Notes: a model not told the origin generated them from the letters alone. Shown: positions 1 through 10,392, counted from the stretch's first letter. The stretch is 42,718 nt of DNA from Thermoplasmata archaeon (GCA_011620765.1 WOYO01000059.1:1-42718), one strand, 5' to 3'. Translations and numbers: made by a program.

Positions 1-444
1 GCCACAAAACAGATTGAAGATATTGATGATAGAGAGAGAAAGCTGAAAGAAAAGGAGGATAACCTCAGAAAGAGCATAGAGGAGGAGAGACCGGGGATTG
101 ACGCACTGGAAAAGGATATGGAAGAAATAGTAAATGCTTTATCTCAACTGAGTGTAGAGAGAGAAAAAGCCACAAAACAGATTGAAGATCTTGATGGTAG
201 AGAAAGAGAGCTGAAAGAAAAAGAGGAGAACCTCAGAGAGAAAATAGAAGAAGAGAAGAGCGCACTTGAGTCACTGGAAAAGGAAAGAGAAGAGATTAAG
301 AAAGAACTTGATAGCATCAGAAGCGAGCTGGAAGAGAAGAGATCTGATATGAATAGGAGAAAGAAGCGCCTGATGGAGAGAATGAAGAAGCTGGAGGAGG
401 TCAAAGCGCAAGTTTTTCCAGGAGAGATCTCCAAAGAGCCTTAA
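1..444 (+). CDS. coiled-coil protein, C-terminal part (5' end lies outside the window), built from ~56-aa E/K/R/L-rich repeats
   Basis: Frame 1 is open from base 1 into the 118..444 ORF. Composition is heptad-like and charged. Bases ~1-110 recur at ~169-278 (168-nt period). Confidence 0.7.
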   Translation, partial: ATKQIEDIDDRERKLKEKEDNLRKSIEEERPGIDALEKDMEEIVNALSQLSVEREKATKQIEDLDGRERELKEKEENLREKIEEEKSALESLEKEREEIKKELDSIRSELEEKRSDMNRRKKRLMERMKKLEEVKAQVFPGEISKEP

Positions 445-1802
445 CCTGATGACTCTATCATGCGTTCTACCATCCCTTTAACCATCTGAAAGATCTCTGA
501 GGCCCTTTCTCTGCTTCTGGACTCTGCGAAGATCCTTACTATGTCTTCAGTTCCTGATTTGCGCACCAGGAAGTTTCCATCTTTTAAGTAAACTCTCACG
601 CCATCTATGTCTATAATCCTCTCTATCCCCTCTATTTTATGAAGCTCTTCTCTGAACCTTCGCTCCAATTCTTCTTTATTTTTCGTTTTTATGCTGTCTT
701 TTATTATGTAATACCTTGGTAGCTCATCTATGAGCTCAGAAAGGCTTTTTTCGCTCTTTGCCAATATCCCCAGCACATAGGCTATGGTCATGCCACCATC
801 CCTGCAATACTGGTGCTCCGGGAATATTATGCCTCCCGTCTCCTCCGGCGCTATTATGCCTCTCACCTCTTTGAGCTTCCTTGCCATCTCTATAGGGCTG
901 ACCTTGGTTAAAACAAGCGTGCCCTGACCCTCTCTAACGACATCCTCTATTGCCTGCGAAGAGTTTATTGCTGTGACAACCGTGCCTTTCTTCTCCTTTA
1001 GCTTTTCTCTTGTCACCAGAGCGGCTATCTGATCCCCGAAGAGGTAGTTTGTTTTATCATCTATGAATATTGCTCTATCTGCATCACCATCGTGTGCTAT
1101 GGTAAGATCAGGTGATATGGCCTTTGCGATCTCCAGTGTTTCTTTCAGGTTATCTCTTTTTGGTTCTGATGGATGCGCAGGAAAGAGACCGTCAGGATGG
1201 GCATTAAGGGATATGACTCTGCAACCGAGCTTGTCGAGAAGGTAAGGAGTAGTACAGCTCGCAGCGCCATTCGAGCAATCGAGCAGCACAGTAAAATGTT
1301 TTTTTCTTATGGCAGCAACATCAACATGTTTCAGTATTGCATCTATGTAGACCTTCGGAGCATTATCTATTGAAGTTAAAGTTCCAAAATCCTTCCACGA
1401 AACCCTTCGAAAATCCTTTGAAAAGAATATGTTCTCAAAGCGCTCTTCCTCTGTTCTGGAGAGCTCTGTTCCGTCTTTGCTTATAACTTTTGCACCATTG
1501 TACTCCGGGGGATTGTGGGATGCTGTGACCATTATTCCTGCATCAGCTCCATAGTGTTTCACACCATATTGAAGTGCCGGCGTAGGAACCATGTGGAGAT
1601 TGTAGACGTCACAACCTCCAGATATGAGGCCTGCAATTATGCTGTGCTTTATAAAACCACTAGAAGTCCTGGGATCCTGAGCAACAACAATAAGCCCTCC
1701 ATTGGTGTAGGTTGCTAGAGTCAGGCCTATCTGGGATGCAAACTCTGTGGTAAAAAGCTCATTAACTACCCCCCTTATTCCATTGGTTCCAAATAGTTTC
1801 AT
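441..1802 (-). CDS. phosphohexomutase (phosphoglucosamine / phosphomannomutase family)
   Basis: 453-aa ORF with the active-site Ser loop TASHNPPEYNG and the metal-binding loop HDGDADR. Confidence 0.85.
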   Translation of the reverse strand: MKLFGTNGIRGVVNELFTTEFASQIGLTLATYTNGGLIVVAQDPRTSSGFIKHSIIAGLISGGCDVYNLHMVPTPALQYGVKHYGADAGIMVTASHNPPEYNGAKVISKDGTELSRTEEERFENIFFSKDFRRVSWKDFGTLTSIDNAPKVYIDAILKHVDVAAIRKKHFTVLLDCSNGAASCTTPYLLDKLGCRVISLNAHPDGLFPAHPSEPKRDNLKETLEIAKAISPDLTIAHDGDADRAIFIDDKTNYLFGDQIAALVTREKLKEKKGTVVTAINSSQAIEDVVREGQGTLVLTKVSPIEMARKLKEVRGIIAPEETGGIIFPEHQYCRDGGMTIAYVLGILAKSEKSLSELIDELPRYYIIKDSIKTKNKEELERRFREELHKIEGIERIIDIDGVRVYLKDGNFLVRKSGTEDIVRIFAESRSRERASEIFQMVKGMVERMIESSG

Positions 1803-1825
1803 AAGTGGTATCTGATGTCTGGTTT

Positions 1826-2854
1826 TTAATTGTTATGTTTATCTTCTACGCTACCTATTTTCTTTCCTTCAACCCTGTTATCTACCTCTCTGGCTATCCT
1901 GGAGCTTATAGGCCCAATGTAATTCTCGAAGTATCTCACAAGAAAATTATACATATCCTCATCTTTCTCTTTTTCTCTCTCTTTCTCTGTGGGATATGTG
2001 TTTTTGTAGTCCTCCATCCCATATTTATATATCGTCATGGTGCTCTCCCCTATGAGATGTGATACCCCCTCCAGAAAAGGCAGAAGCTTTTTCTGATCTC
2101 CAATGCTCTTTTTTATGTCTGGTACTCCTGTTATTTTTTTCAGGGACACGAAACAGAAAACAAAAGCGGCGATAAAAAGCATAGCTGTAAAAACAATGCG
2201 GACAACGTTAGCGCTCTCTACATAAGCGGGTGTTAGTGTTATGGGCAATACTTTGCTGAGAAAAGCGTGAACCTGATAAAAGAGAGTATATGCTAAGAAA
2301 AAGAAAAGAGCATATGTGTAGGGTTCAGAATTGATAGCTATCCTTTTGGATATGTCTAGCTCCTCCTTTAAGGATAAAGCAAAGAGAGCAATAATATCTA
2401 TAGCAAAAACAAAGTTCAGAGAAGCTAGAAAACCATCCAGAGGGCTATAGAAAAATAGGGAGAGCGTGTAGTATATGGCAAGGATAAAGACAGAAATGAA
2501 AAGCAGGCTAAAGGAAGGGAATGAATCTTTTTTTCCAGTAATGATGAACTTCATGCGAAGGATCGCTCTGGAAATGAAAATAAGCATCATCAAAAGCAGA
2601 AATTCGCCTATGGTATGCATATAGGTAAAAGGAACCTTCGATCCTGGCGTAAGAGTTTCTGGTCTAATGGTTGCGCTCACAGTAAGAAACGCTGTGCCCA
2701 ACGCACCGCATATGATCCCTATAAAAAAACCATGCGTCCTGACTTCTGTATATTTCTCGAACCTCTTTGCCAAAACGTAAGTATAAAGAAAGGATAGCAC
2801 CACAACCACCAAGATTGATGTGAGGTATGCAGCACTAACAATAGCCAATGCCAT
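1826..2854 (-). CDS. hypothetical polytopic membrane protein with a charged C-terminal tail
   Basis: 342-aa ORF with several hydrophobic helix-length segments followed by an E/K-rich soluble tail. No motif recognised. Confidence 0.6.
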   Translation of the reverse strand: MALAIVSAAYLTSILVVVVLSFLYTYVLAKRFEKYTEVRTHGFFIGIICGALGTAFLTVSATIRPETLTPGSKVPFTYMHTIGEFLLLMMLIFISRAILRMKFIITGKKDSFPSFSLLFISVFILAIYYTLSLFFYSPLDGFLASLNFVFAIDIIALFALSLKEELDISKRIAINSEPYTYALFFFLAYTLFYQVHAFLSKVLPITLTPAYVESANVVRIVFTAMLFIAAFVFCFVSLKKITGVPDIKKSIGDQKKLLPFLEGVSHLIGESTMTIYKYGMEDYKNTYPTEKEREKEKDEDMYNFLVRYFENYIGPISSRIAREVDNRVEGKKIGSVEDKHNN

Positions 2855-2891
2855 AATAATACTTTGTTTTATACCTTAAATAGTTTTGCAG

Positions 2892-3305
2892 CTATCGAGT
2901 ACTATAAACAGTGCCGTCCTTCATAACCTTTATTCTTTGCCCTTCTCTTATCTCCTCTGTATCGATCTTATCCACACACGGTATGCCAGCCAATATAGCC
3001 CCTGTTGCAACTATGGTCTCTGTCTCTTTATTTATTATTGCCTTTGGAGCGAAGCCATTCTTTTTCAATCCATAGATCACATAAGAGCCAACGGTAGAGC
3101 CCTTACCGTTAGGAAAAACTAGGATTCTATCCTTAACATTTTTTCCTTCAAGCTCGTGCCCTCGCTCTATAACGATACCGCTTTTAGCATCAATTCCGCC
3201 ATAGAAGCTAAGGGGGGTTCTTGAAACAATCGCTTCTCCCTCAACCTCTTCCAGCTCAGGAGGAAAGTATATGACCCTTCCCTTCATCTCTTTTCCAGCC
3301 ATCAT
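2892..3305 (-). CDS. aconitase-X (AcnX) small subunit, DUF126-type; probable phosphomevalonate dehydratase small subunit
   Basis: 137 aa. Its start overlaps the stop of the upstream large subunit by 4 nt. Family assigned from overall resemblance (GEAIVS..LSFYGGID, FPNGKGSTVGSYV). Confidence 0.65.
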   Translation of the reverse strand: MMAGKEMKGRVIYFPPELEEVEGEAIVSRTPLSFYGGIDAKSGIVIERGHELEGKNVKDRILVFPNGKGSTVGSYVIYGLKKNGFAPKAIINKETETIVATGAILAGIPCVDKIDTEEIREGQRIKVMKDGTVYSTR

Positions 3306-4486
3306 TCTACCACCATCCCTATAAGCTCATCAACACTCTTGAACACCACATTTTGCTTGCAGAAGCCTGGAAGGTAGCAGGCAGCCTTACCACTGTTAAC
3401 CGCCGTCGTTTTGAAACCCAGCTCCTCTATAGGACTCACAACCATGCACGTGTCAGCAACTATTTTGCCACCAGCTTTTTCTATTGTCTGTGTATACCCC
3501 ATGCGGTTTGCTACTTCTTTCATAGCCCTTGAGGTGCAGATCCAGAGAGGTTTCTTTAACCTCTTGCCCTCAACAGCTTTAGCAACTGTGTTTATCTCCT
3601 CTATGGAGGCATGGGGACAGCCAAAGATGACTATGTCTGGCTCTTTGCCTGTGTTCAGAGTTTCATAAGCCTTTTCAAGATCGCTATCTGTCACAGTGAT
3701 CCTCTCCAATCCATCTATGCTTTGCAGATGTGCTTCAGGTGTTATGCCCTCAACATGGTAGAGAGCCACAGCACCGCTCGCAGCCATTGCGGCACCCAGG
3801 GCTTTAAGCTCATCTACCCTTGCGTTCTTAATCCCTCTAAAGTATGGTATCTTATTCTTAACCATTTTTCCCACCAGATAACCCAGAGCGCCCCAATCGC
3901 TTTCCTTAAGCTCCCTTTCAACATCAACAACGACCTCCGCCCTTCTATTTTCTTCCAGATGCAATCCATAGTTCGGTGTCTTTCCTATTATTGATGCTGC
4001 CAGGGCACTGGGGCCGCCTTCTCTGTTTGTCCTTGCTCCTATCACAGAATTGATAAAGGATATCGCGGAGCTCTCAGCCCATGCAACATGCTCCCTGAAC
4101 CTTGGCACGTTGCCTGAGAGGTAGGGGGTGCACGTTGCCGTTATCACCATGCCCATTCGCCTAAATGCATCAATTATTCTCATCTGGTGCACGGCAAAAT
4201 CCTCGCTGAATCCGAGCTCTCTCCAGTTCTCAAGATCCATACCAGCAGGGTTTATGTATGTGAGAACCCTCACCTTAGCGCCCTTATCCGCTACATCCTC
4301 AAGAAACTCCATCCCCGGGTCACCGATCGATTTGTAGGATATACCAGAAACCTGAGCGGAGCCTATCGGTATAAGCTTATCCGCCCCATATATCTCCCCG
4401 AGGTTCACAAGGAGCTTGATCATTTTCTCTCTTATCTCTCCTTCTTCGCCATTAAATATCTTTTCATCATCAGGACCAAGATACAT
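3302..4486 (-). CDS. aconitase-X (AcnX) large subunit, DUF521-type; probable phosphomevalonate dehydratase large subunit
   Basis: 394 aa, translationally coupled to the DUF126 partner. Cys residues sit in ATCTPY, FGCPH and ADTCMV contexts, as expected for the Fe-S ligands of this family. Confidence 0.65.
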   Translation of the reverse strand: MYLGPDDEKIFNGEEGEIREKMIKLLVNLGEIYGADKLIPIGSAQVSGISYKSIGDPGMEFLEDVADKGAKVRVLTYINPAGMDLENWRELGFSEDFAVHQMRIIDAFRRMGMVITATCTPYLSGNVPRFREHVAWAESSAISFINSVIGARTNREGGPSALAASIIGKTPNYGLHLEENRRAEVVVDVERELKESDWGALGYLVGKMVKNKIPYFRGIKNARVDELKALGAAMAASGAVALYHVEGITPEAHLQSIDGLERITVTDSDLEKAYETLNTGKEPDIVIFGCPHASIEEINTVAKAVEGKRLKKPLWICTSRAMKEVANRMGYTQTIEKAGGKIVADTCMVVSPIEELGFKTTAVNSGKAACYLPGFCKQNVVFKSVDELIGMVVE

Positions 4487-4669
4487 ATACGCTAATTCTT
4501 TTTCGCGTATTTATATCTTTTTAATCCATGAGCGATCAGAGTAAAGTTTTTCTATACAGATACCAACAAACATAGCGCCTGCTACAATAAAACAGCTCTT
4601 GCGCATGTGAATGTTATGATCCTGATCTACAGGGCATTTAGCTTATGATCTCAACCAGCATAGGCAAAC

Positions 4670-4680
4670 TTTAAAAATAA
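4670..4680 (+). promoter_or_regulatory. TATA-box-like element (TTTAAAAATAA) for the pcn-priL-priS operon
   Basis: A/T box ends ~19 nt before the PCNA ATG at 4699, implying a leaderless or very short-leader mRNA. Confidence 0.45.
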
Positions 4681-4698
4681 GGACTTCATTCTCTTTTT

Positions 4699-5433
4699 AT
4701 GTTTGAGGCCAAAGGTAAAGTAGAGATTTTCAAAAGAATTGTGGAGGTGGTTTCCGTTATCGTGAATGAGGTGAAGTTTAACATAAAGGATGATGGTTTC
4801 CATATTAAAGCCGTTGATCCTGCTCATGTGGCTATGGTGGAGCTAAACATAGCTCCTCAGGCTTTTAACGAATATAATGCAGAGGATACAGAGCTTGGCG
4901 TCGATTTAGATAAGATGGAGAGCATAATAAGGTTGGGAAAGGGTAATGATGAAATGGATGCAACATATGATGAGGACTCAGAAAGGCTGGTGATAAGAAT
5001 AGGAAACCTGGTCAGAAAGATGACCCTGCTGGACGTCTCCACAATGCCCGATCTGAAGATACCAAACCTCCAGTTTCCCGCTAAAGTCGAGCTGTTAGCT
5101 GATGATTTTCTTTTAGGTATAAGGGCTGCCCAGAGCGTGAGTGATTATGTTGTGCTAACAGCAGAGAAAGACAGCTTTGAGTTAAGCGCAGGAACACAGG
5201 AGGAGATAAACCAGAAATTTTCTAAGGAACAGCTTTTATCACTTGAGTGTAAGGATAAATCGAGGAGTTTATTCTCTCTGGACTATCTGTCTAGTATGAT
5301 GAAGGGTATAAGAAGCGGTGAGAAGCTAGCGATATTTATTGGTAATGATTACCCTGTGCGCATAGAATTTGAGACTCTTGATGGTAACGCCTCTGTTGCA
5401 TATCTCCTTGCTCCAAGAACAGAGATTGAATGA
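4699..5433 (+). CDS. pcn: DNA polymerase sliding clamp PCNA
   Basis: 244 aa, typical archaeal PCNA length, with the C-terminal YLLAPRTE motif. Operonic with primase genes. Confidence 0.9.
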   Translation: MFEAKGKVEIFKRIVEVVSVIVNEVKFNIKDDGFHIKAVDPAHVAMVELNIAPQAFNEYNAEDTELGVDLDKMESIIRLGKGNDEMDATYDEDSERLVIRIGNLVRKMTLLDVSTMPDLKIPNLQFPAKVELLADDFLLGIRAAQSVSDYVVLTAEKDSFELSAGTQEEINQKFSKEQLLSLECKDKSRSLFSLDYLSSMMKGIRSGEKLAIFIGNDYPVRIEFETLDGNASVAYLLAPRTEIE

Positions 5434-6434
5434 TAGGAATAGGGACAAAAACAGGAAAAAAAAGCACCATAGCAAGGTACCCATTCCTGCTCGAAGCTTT
5501 TGAAATGATAAAAGATGAAAGCATGGAAGAAATACTCTACTCTGAGGCTTTCAGAGGATCCAGAGCACTTGCTGTTGCCAGGGTTCAGAGCGCTCTGAAA
5601 AATGATGAAAAGCAGATATTTATAGATGAAAGAAACTGCTTTGAAGCTGTCCTCTCTTTTTATTTAGCTAAGGCTATTGTAACGCATATAAAAGATAATT
5701 TCCTTCTAAAAAGACATTCCATCTTTGAGGCAAAAAATGCCTATTATTACCTTGAAAAAGAGAGCGAAGAGGTTGTGGATCAGGTTGCAAAGAGCCTTGG
5801 GATTGAGAGAGAAGGAGATAAGATAAGATTTGTTACTTTCTTAAAATATGCACCTAACTCATATGGTTCATGGAAGCTCGTCAATACAAGGCTATCTGGT
5901 GGCATGGTGGAGATTGATAGGCATATCTTTCTCAGGATCATGCAGGAAGCGATGCGTGAAAGGATAGAAAGGATCCGATTTAGTGTCAGCGATATTGACA
6001 AAGCTATAGACCTTAGCTCTATCTATGCAGAGCTCTCCAGCAGGAAGATAGCCCAGAGGAAGGAATATAGAATAGAGTTCGACAGTTTTCCACCCTGTAT
6101 GAAAAACATAATAGCACAGATAGAGAATAACATAAATGTTTCGCACCTTGGTAGATTTTCTCTTGTAGCATTTCTGAATGGAATAGGAATGAAGGAAGAG
6201 GAGATAATGAAGATACTGATGCCTACTCCAGACTTCGATGACAGGGTCGCCAGATACCAGGTAGAGCACATAACTGGAAAAGAATACTCGGCCCCTTCCT
6301 GCGATTCGATGCGCACCTATTCCCTGTGCTTTGAGCCAGACAACCTATGCGCAAAGATAAAGCATCCAATGCAATACTATGAATATAAGATAAATCATAA
6401 GGATCATGGAAGAGTTCCTTCAAAAGAAGTTTAA
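5430..6434 (+). CDS. priL: DNA primase large subunit PriL
   Basis: 334 aa. Start overlaps the pcn stop (ATGA). Four Cys (PPCM, PSCD, SLCF, NLCA) fit the PriL 4Fe-4S domain. Confidence 0.85.
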   Translation: MIGIGTKTGKKSTIARYPFLLEAFEMIKDESMEEILYSEAFRGSRALAVARVQSALKNDEKQIFIDERNCFEAVLSFYLAKAIVTHIKDNFLLKRHSIFEAKNAYYYLEKESEEVVDQVAKSLGIEREGDKIRFVTFLKYAPNSYGSWKLVNTRLSGGMVEIDRHIFLRIMQEAMRERIERIRFSVSDIDKAIDLSSIYAELSSRKIAQRKEYRIEFDSFPPCMKNIIAQIENNINVSHLGRFSLVAFLNGIGMKEEEIMKILMPTPDFDDRVARYQVEHITGKEYSAPSCDSMRTYSLCFEPDNLCAKIKHPMQYYEYKINHKDHGRVPSKEV

Positions 6435-7500
6435 AGAGTACTATTCAAACGCTGATTTAGCTATGCCTCGAAGATTCACGCGAAGGGAGTATGGCTTCAT
6501 GTTCTTTGGAAAGAGCACAATGATGCGTCATATGAGCTTTTCTTCCTCGCAGAAGATAAAAGCATTCCTTGCGGATAAAGCGCCAGCTCACGTTTTTTAC
6601 TCTTCTGCGTATTATACAAAACCATATGAAACTGACATGAAGGACAAAGGATGGCTAGGTGCTGACCTCATTTTTGATCTTGATGCGGATCATCTAAGCT
6701 TGCCTGAGAATTGCACATACGAAAAAATGCTGAGCATAGTGAAAAGAGAAACAAAAAAGCTTGTTGAAGACTTTTTGATAAGGGATTTCGGGTTCAGAGA
6801 TCTTGAGCTCGTGTTCAGCGGCTCAAGGGGTTATCATATCCATGTTTATGACAAAGAAGCCCTTGATTTGGGGAGCAGGGAGAGAAGGGAGATCATAGAT
6901 TATATAACTGGAAACGGTATAAGCCTTGATCTCATCCTTGGAAAGGAAAACTATGCTATACCCTCTGAGAAAGAGTCTGGATGGTATGGGAAAATAGGAA
7001 GGGCTGTCAATGAATATGCTGATAAGATACTCTCTATGGAAAATGGAGTTGAAGAGCTTAAAAAGATTAAGGGAATAGGTGATGTTAAGGCTGAAAGGAT
7101 CTACGAAGGATTGAAGAAGTTAAAGAAGAATCCAAAGGTTGTTAATGCCCTTCCGAAGGAGTTCATAGAGTACTTAAAGGAAAAATTAGCTATAGAATCC
7201 AGCAAAGGAGAGGCTGATGAGCCAGTGACAAGCGATATTCACAGGCTCATAAGGTTCCCAACTTCATTGCATGGAAAGACTGGATTTATTGTCAAATCAT
7301 TGAGTTTTGAAGATTTTGATGACTTTGATCCGCTGCAAGACGCTATAGCATTTGGCGATGAGCTTTTACAGATGCGCGTTTTGAAGCCTTTCAGCATAGA
7401 GATAAAGGACTTTCATGCAAATGTGAAGGAAGGGATCATAGAGATGCCAGAGTATGCAGCCGTTTTTGCATGTGCCAGGGGTCTCTGCACCCCTGCTTAA
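6406..7500 (+). CDS. priS: DNA primase small (catalytic) subunit PriS
   Basis: 364 aa with catalytic motifs DLIFDLDADH and SGSRGYHIHV. Overlaps the priL 3' end. Confidence 0.9.
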   Translation: MEEFLQKKFKEYYSNADLAMPRRFTRREYGFMFFGKSTMMRHMSFSSSQKIKAFLADKAPAHVFYSSAYYTKPYETDMKDKGWLGADLIFDLDADHLSLPENCTYEKMLSIVKRETKKLVEDFLIRDFGFRDLELVFSGSRGYHIHVYDKEALDLGSRERREIIDYITGNGISLDLILGKENYAIPSEKESGWYGKIGRAVNEYADKILSMENGVEELKKIKGIGDVKAERIYEGLKKLKKNPKVVNALPKEFIEYLKEKLAIESSKGEADEPVTSDIHRLIRFPTSLHGKTGFIVKSLSFEDFDDFDPLQDAIAFGDELLQMRVLKPFSIEIKDFHANVKEGIIEMPEYAAVFACARGLCTPA

Positions 7501-7910
7501 TTGTGAGGCAGGATATTGTTGCAATTTCGGGGCTTGAGAGCTAAAATATTTGCAAAAGAGACACATAATCGCATAACATGCGCAGATTGTGAGCTGGAAA
7601 TTTAGGAATTGGAAAGCTATATTATCCATAATCTTATGCATAATCATTGGCTTTGCGCTCTTTGGGATATAAAACATTATCGGACAGGGTTTGAGGGGAA
7701 TTTCTCGGTTACTTGGTGGCTATTGTAGGTTGTTGTATTACCTGCATTGGCATACTTTTTATGTTTTTTATGTAAAAGGTGGAGCAGAGAGATCCCGAGG
7801 TATATTCCTTCCATCAGTGGAGTCATTATATCTGGCACCCTGCATAGATCAATTCTCATAGAGCAATCGTTTCAACACGAATGGATACAGCGAGGTAGAA
7901 AATCTTAAGT

Positions 7911-9533
7911 ATGATTTATTGCATAATGCATATGCTTCTAGAATCTTTTCCCTGGCTATCCCTTGTGCCGCCGATCGTTGCAATAATACTGTGTTTTCTG
8001 ACAAGAGAGGTTATGCCCTCTCTTTTTATAGGAATATTTCTTGGGGCGCTGATACTTAAGGATCTCAATCCCATCTATGCCGTAGCGGACACCGCGCTTA
8101 TACTGAGGAACAATCTTGCAGATCCCTGGAACGCCACCGTTTTCCTCTTTGACTTTGTTGTTGGCGGTATGGTCGGGCTCATATACTATTCGAGAGGAGC
8201 CTATGGCTTCGGAAATTTGCTAGCTTCAAAGATAAAGAGCAGGAGAGGCATGGAGCTTGCCGCTTCAGCGCTGGGTATGATGATATTCTTCGATGATTAT
8301 TCAAGCTCAGTAATAGCTGGAAACACCATGCGCCCTGCATGCGAAACCGCTGGTGTTAGCAGGGAAAAGTTTGCATACATTCTTGATAGCACAAGCGCGC
8401 CTATAGCAACAATAGGAGTTATCTCTGTCTGGACAGGTTATCAGGTTGGAGTTATAAGGGAGGTTTTTGAGTCCATGGATCTTTCTCTTTCACCTATGGG
8501 CGTCTTTTTCCCTGGTGTGATCCTCTATAGCTTTTATAGCTTCTTTGCCATAGCTCTCGTTCTATTTCTCTCTGCAAGCAGGAGAGATTTTGGCCCAATG
8601 CTAAGAGCAGAGTACAGGACTTCAACCACAGGAAAAATAATGGACGATGATGCAATACCTATGATGAGCACAGAGAGACTGAAATCTAAAGAAGGAGTGA
8701 AGGAGAGAGCGATTAACATGTTTGTGCCCATAATAGCGCTCATATCCGTTACTATAATAGCGCTCTATGTTCTGGGGTGGAGAGCTTCGGGTTCAACAGC
8801 ACTCATATCATTTACCCAGGCTATAGAGGCTGTTGGTGATACGGACACAGGAGTTATGGATGCTCTTCTTTTCGGTGCGCTCGGAGGGGTGATATCAGCG
8901 ATCCTCATGTATCTACCACAGGGCTTCAAGCTCTCTGAGCTCATGAGAGCATTTGTGAGCGGGGCTGAGATGATGATCATAGCAAATCTCATACTTTTAC
9001 TTGCATGGTCCATAGGTACAATATGCGGTCTTGTTGGAACCGGTGAATATGTGGTTAGCCTGGTTTTGCCATCTCTTCAATCCAGTCCATGGGCTATGGC
9101 GCCAATAATCTTTCTGGTGAGCTTCTTTATAGGCTTTTCTACGGGAACGTCCTGGGGAACAATGGCAATAGTTTTGCCTATCGCTATACCTTTAGGTTAT
9201 GCTTTAGGTATACCACTTCACATTGCTATAGCTCCAGTTCTTACTGGTGGTGTCTGCGGAGATCACTGCTCACCCATAAGCGATACAACCGTTATGGCAT
9301 CCATGTTTTCAGGCAGTGATCATATGGCTCATGTGAAAACGCAGATACCCTACGCACTTCTTGGTGCAGCTGTTGCCATTATTGCGTATCTTGTAGTGTC
9401 TATAGACTTCAGCTCAACCATTTTGTGGATCATAGCCCTGTTTGGGGGGATAATAGCGATGATATTGTTAGCCTACGTCCTTTCATGGCTTGATGCCAGA
9501 AGAAAAGGAATAAAGCTACCACTGGAAAAGTAA
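7911..9533 (+). CDS. nhaC: NhaC-family Na+/H+ antiporter-like transporter
   Basis: 540-aa polytopic membrane protein. Overall resemblance to NhaC (IFFDDYSSSVIAGNTMRP, GDHCSPISDTT). Confidence 0.65.
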   Translation: MIYCIMHMLLESFPWLSLVPPIVAIILCFLTREVMPSLFIGIFLGALILKDLNPIYAVADTALILRNNLADPWNATVFLFDFVVGGMVGLIYYSRGAYGFGNLLASKIKSRRGMELAASALGMMIFFDDYSSSVIAGNTMRPACETAGVSREKFAYILDSTSAPIATIGVISVWTGYQVGVIREVFESMDLSLSPMGVFFPGVILYSFYSFFAIALVLFLSASRRDFGPMLRAEYRTSTTGKIMDDDAIPMMSTERLKSKEGVKERAINMFVPIIALISVTIIALYVLGWRASGSTALISFTQAIEAVGDTDTGVMDALLFGALGGVISAILMYLPQGFKLSELMRAFVSGAEMMIIANLILLLAWSIGTICGLVGTGEYVVSLVLPSLQSSPWAMAPIIFLVSFFIGFSTGTSWGTMAIVLPIAIPLGYALGIPLHIAIAPVLTGGVCGDHCSPISDTTVMASMFSGSDHMAHVKTQIPYALLGAAVAIIAYLVVSIDFSSTILWIIALFGGIIAMILLAYVLSWLDARRKGIKLPLEK

Positions 9534-9564
9534 AAGTAGAAAAAGTTAGGAGGTAATAAAGGTT

Positions 9565-10368
9565 ATGTCATCAAAGCTCAGTGCTAAGGAGATAATGAGC
9601 AAAGAGATAATCGCTGTTGACAAGGACGAGAGTATAGAGCGGGTTATAAACCTGATGAACAAAGAGAGGATAACAAAGTTCCCAGTTCTTGAAGATGGAG
9701 AGCTTATAGGGATAGTGAGCGATGAAGAGATAGTTGATAAACTTGGCTCTGTAAGGACAAGAACCATAACACCCAGCTCCCTTCACATTTCAAGCATAAT
9801 GGCCAGGGATTTCTTCACAGTGAGCGTTGATGAAGACATCTCCAAGCTTATAGAGAGAGCTAAACTTGGTGGTGTTGCTATGTTCCCTGTGCTTGAGAAT
9901 AATGAGCTTGTTGGTGTGATAACGAAATCTGACCTTTTGCCATTTGTTGAATCTGAGAAAAGGATTGAAGAGATTATGGTTACTCCAGTAAAATCTTTAG
10001 CGCCAGACGATAGAATTATCCATGCAAGAAGACTTATGGTGGATAATGGGATAGAGCGTTTACCTGTGCTCAGAGAAGGAATGGTAGAGGGCATACTTGC
10101 AGCGATGGATCTTGCGCTTTTCCTCTATGAATTCCGCATGAGAGTTCAGAACAAATACCAGCAGGCAAGATTGGATAACCTTTTAGTAGAGCATGCGATG
10201 AAGAGGGATATCATAACAGCTTCTAAAGATATGAGTGCAAAGGAGGCTGCACAGCTCATGTATAAAGAGAATATAGGATGCTTGCCCATAGTTGACGTGT
10301 TTGGTAAGATAGCAGGAATAGTGACAAGAACTGACGTAATAAAAGAGATTCGAACAGAAAACCTTTAA
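9565..10368 (+). CDS. CBS-domain protein (four tandem CBS motifs)
   Basis: 267 aa with the repeated pattern IM....I.V..D.....V...M....I...PV.....L.GI.T..D. Confidence 0.8.
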   Translation: MSSKLSAKEIMSKEIIAVDKDESIERVINLMNKERITKFPVLEDGELIGIVSDEEIVDKLGSVRTRTITPSSLHISSIMARDFFTVSVDEDISKLIERAKLGGVAMFPVLENNELVGVITKSDLLPFVESEKRIEEIMVTPVKSLAPDDRIIHARRLMVDNGIERLPVLREGMVEGILAAMDLALFLYEFRMRVQNKYQQARLDNLLVEHAMKRDIITASKDMSAKEAAQLMYKENIGCLPIVDVFGKIAGIVTRTDVIKEIRTENL

Positions 10369-10392
10369 GTATTCGTAATCTCATTTACCTTT

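Noticed and set aside
144-434. 96-aa S/L/F-rich minus-strand ORF
   Set aside because: It is the antisense of the purine-rich coiled-coil gene, a classic mirror ORF.
7501-7910. 410-nt intergenic region with TTATGCATAA palindromes and two track ORFs (7366-7677, 7677-7859, minus strand)
   Set aside because: The ORFs have implausible composition, and one overlaps priS. The palindrome is short and AT-rich. Nothing reaches a level I can support beyond it being the promoter region for the NhaC-like gene.
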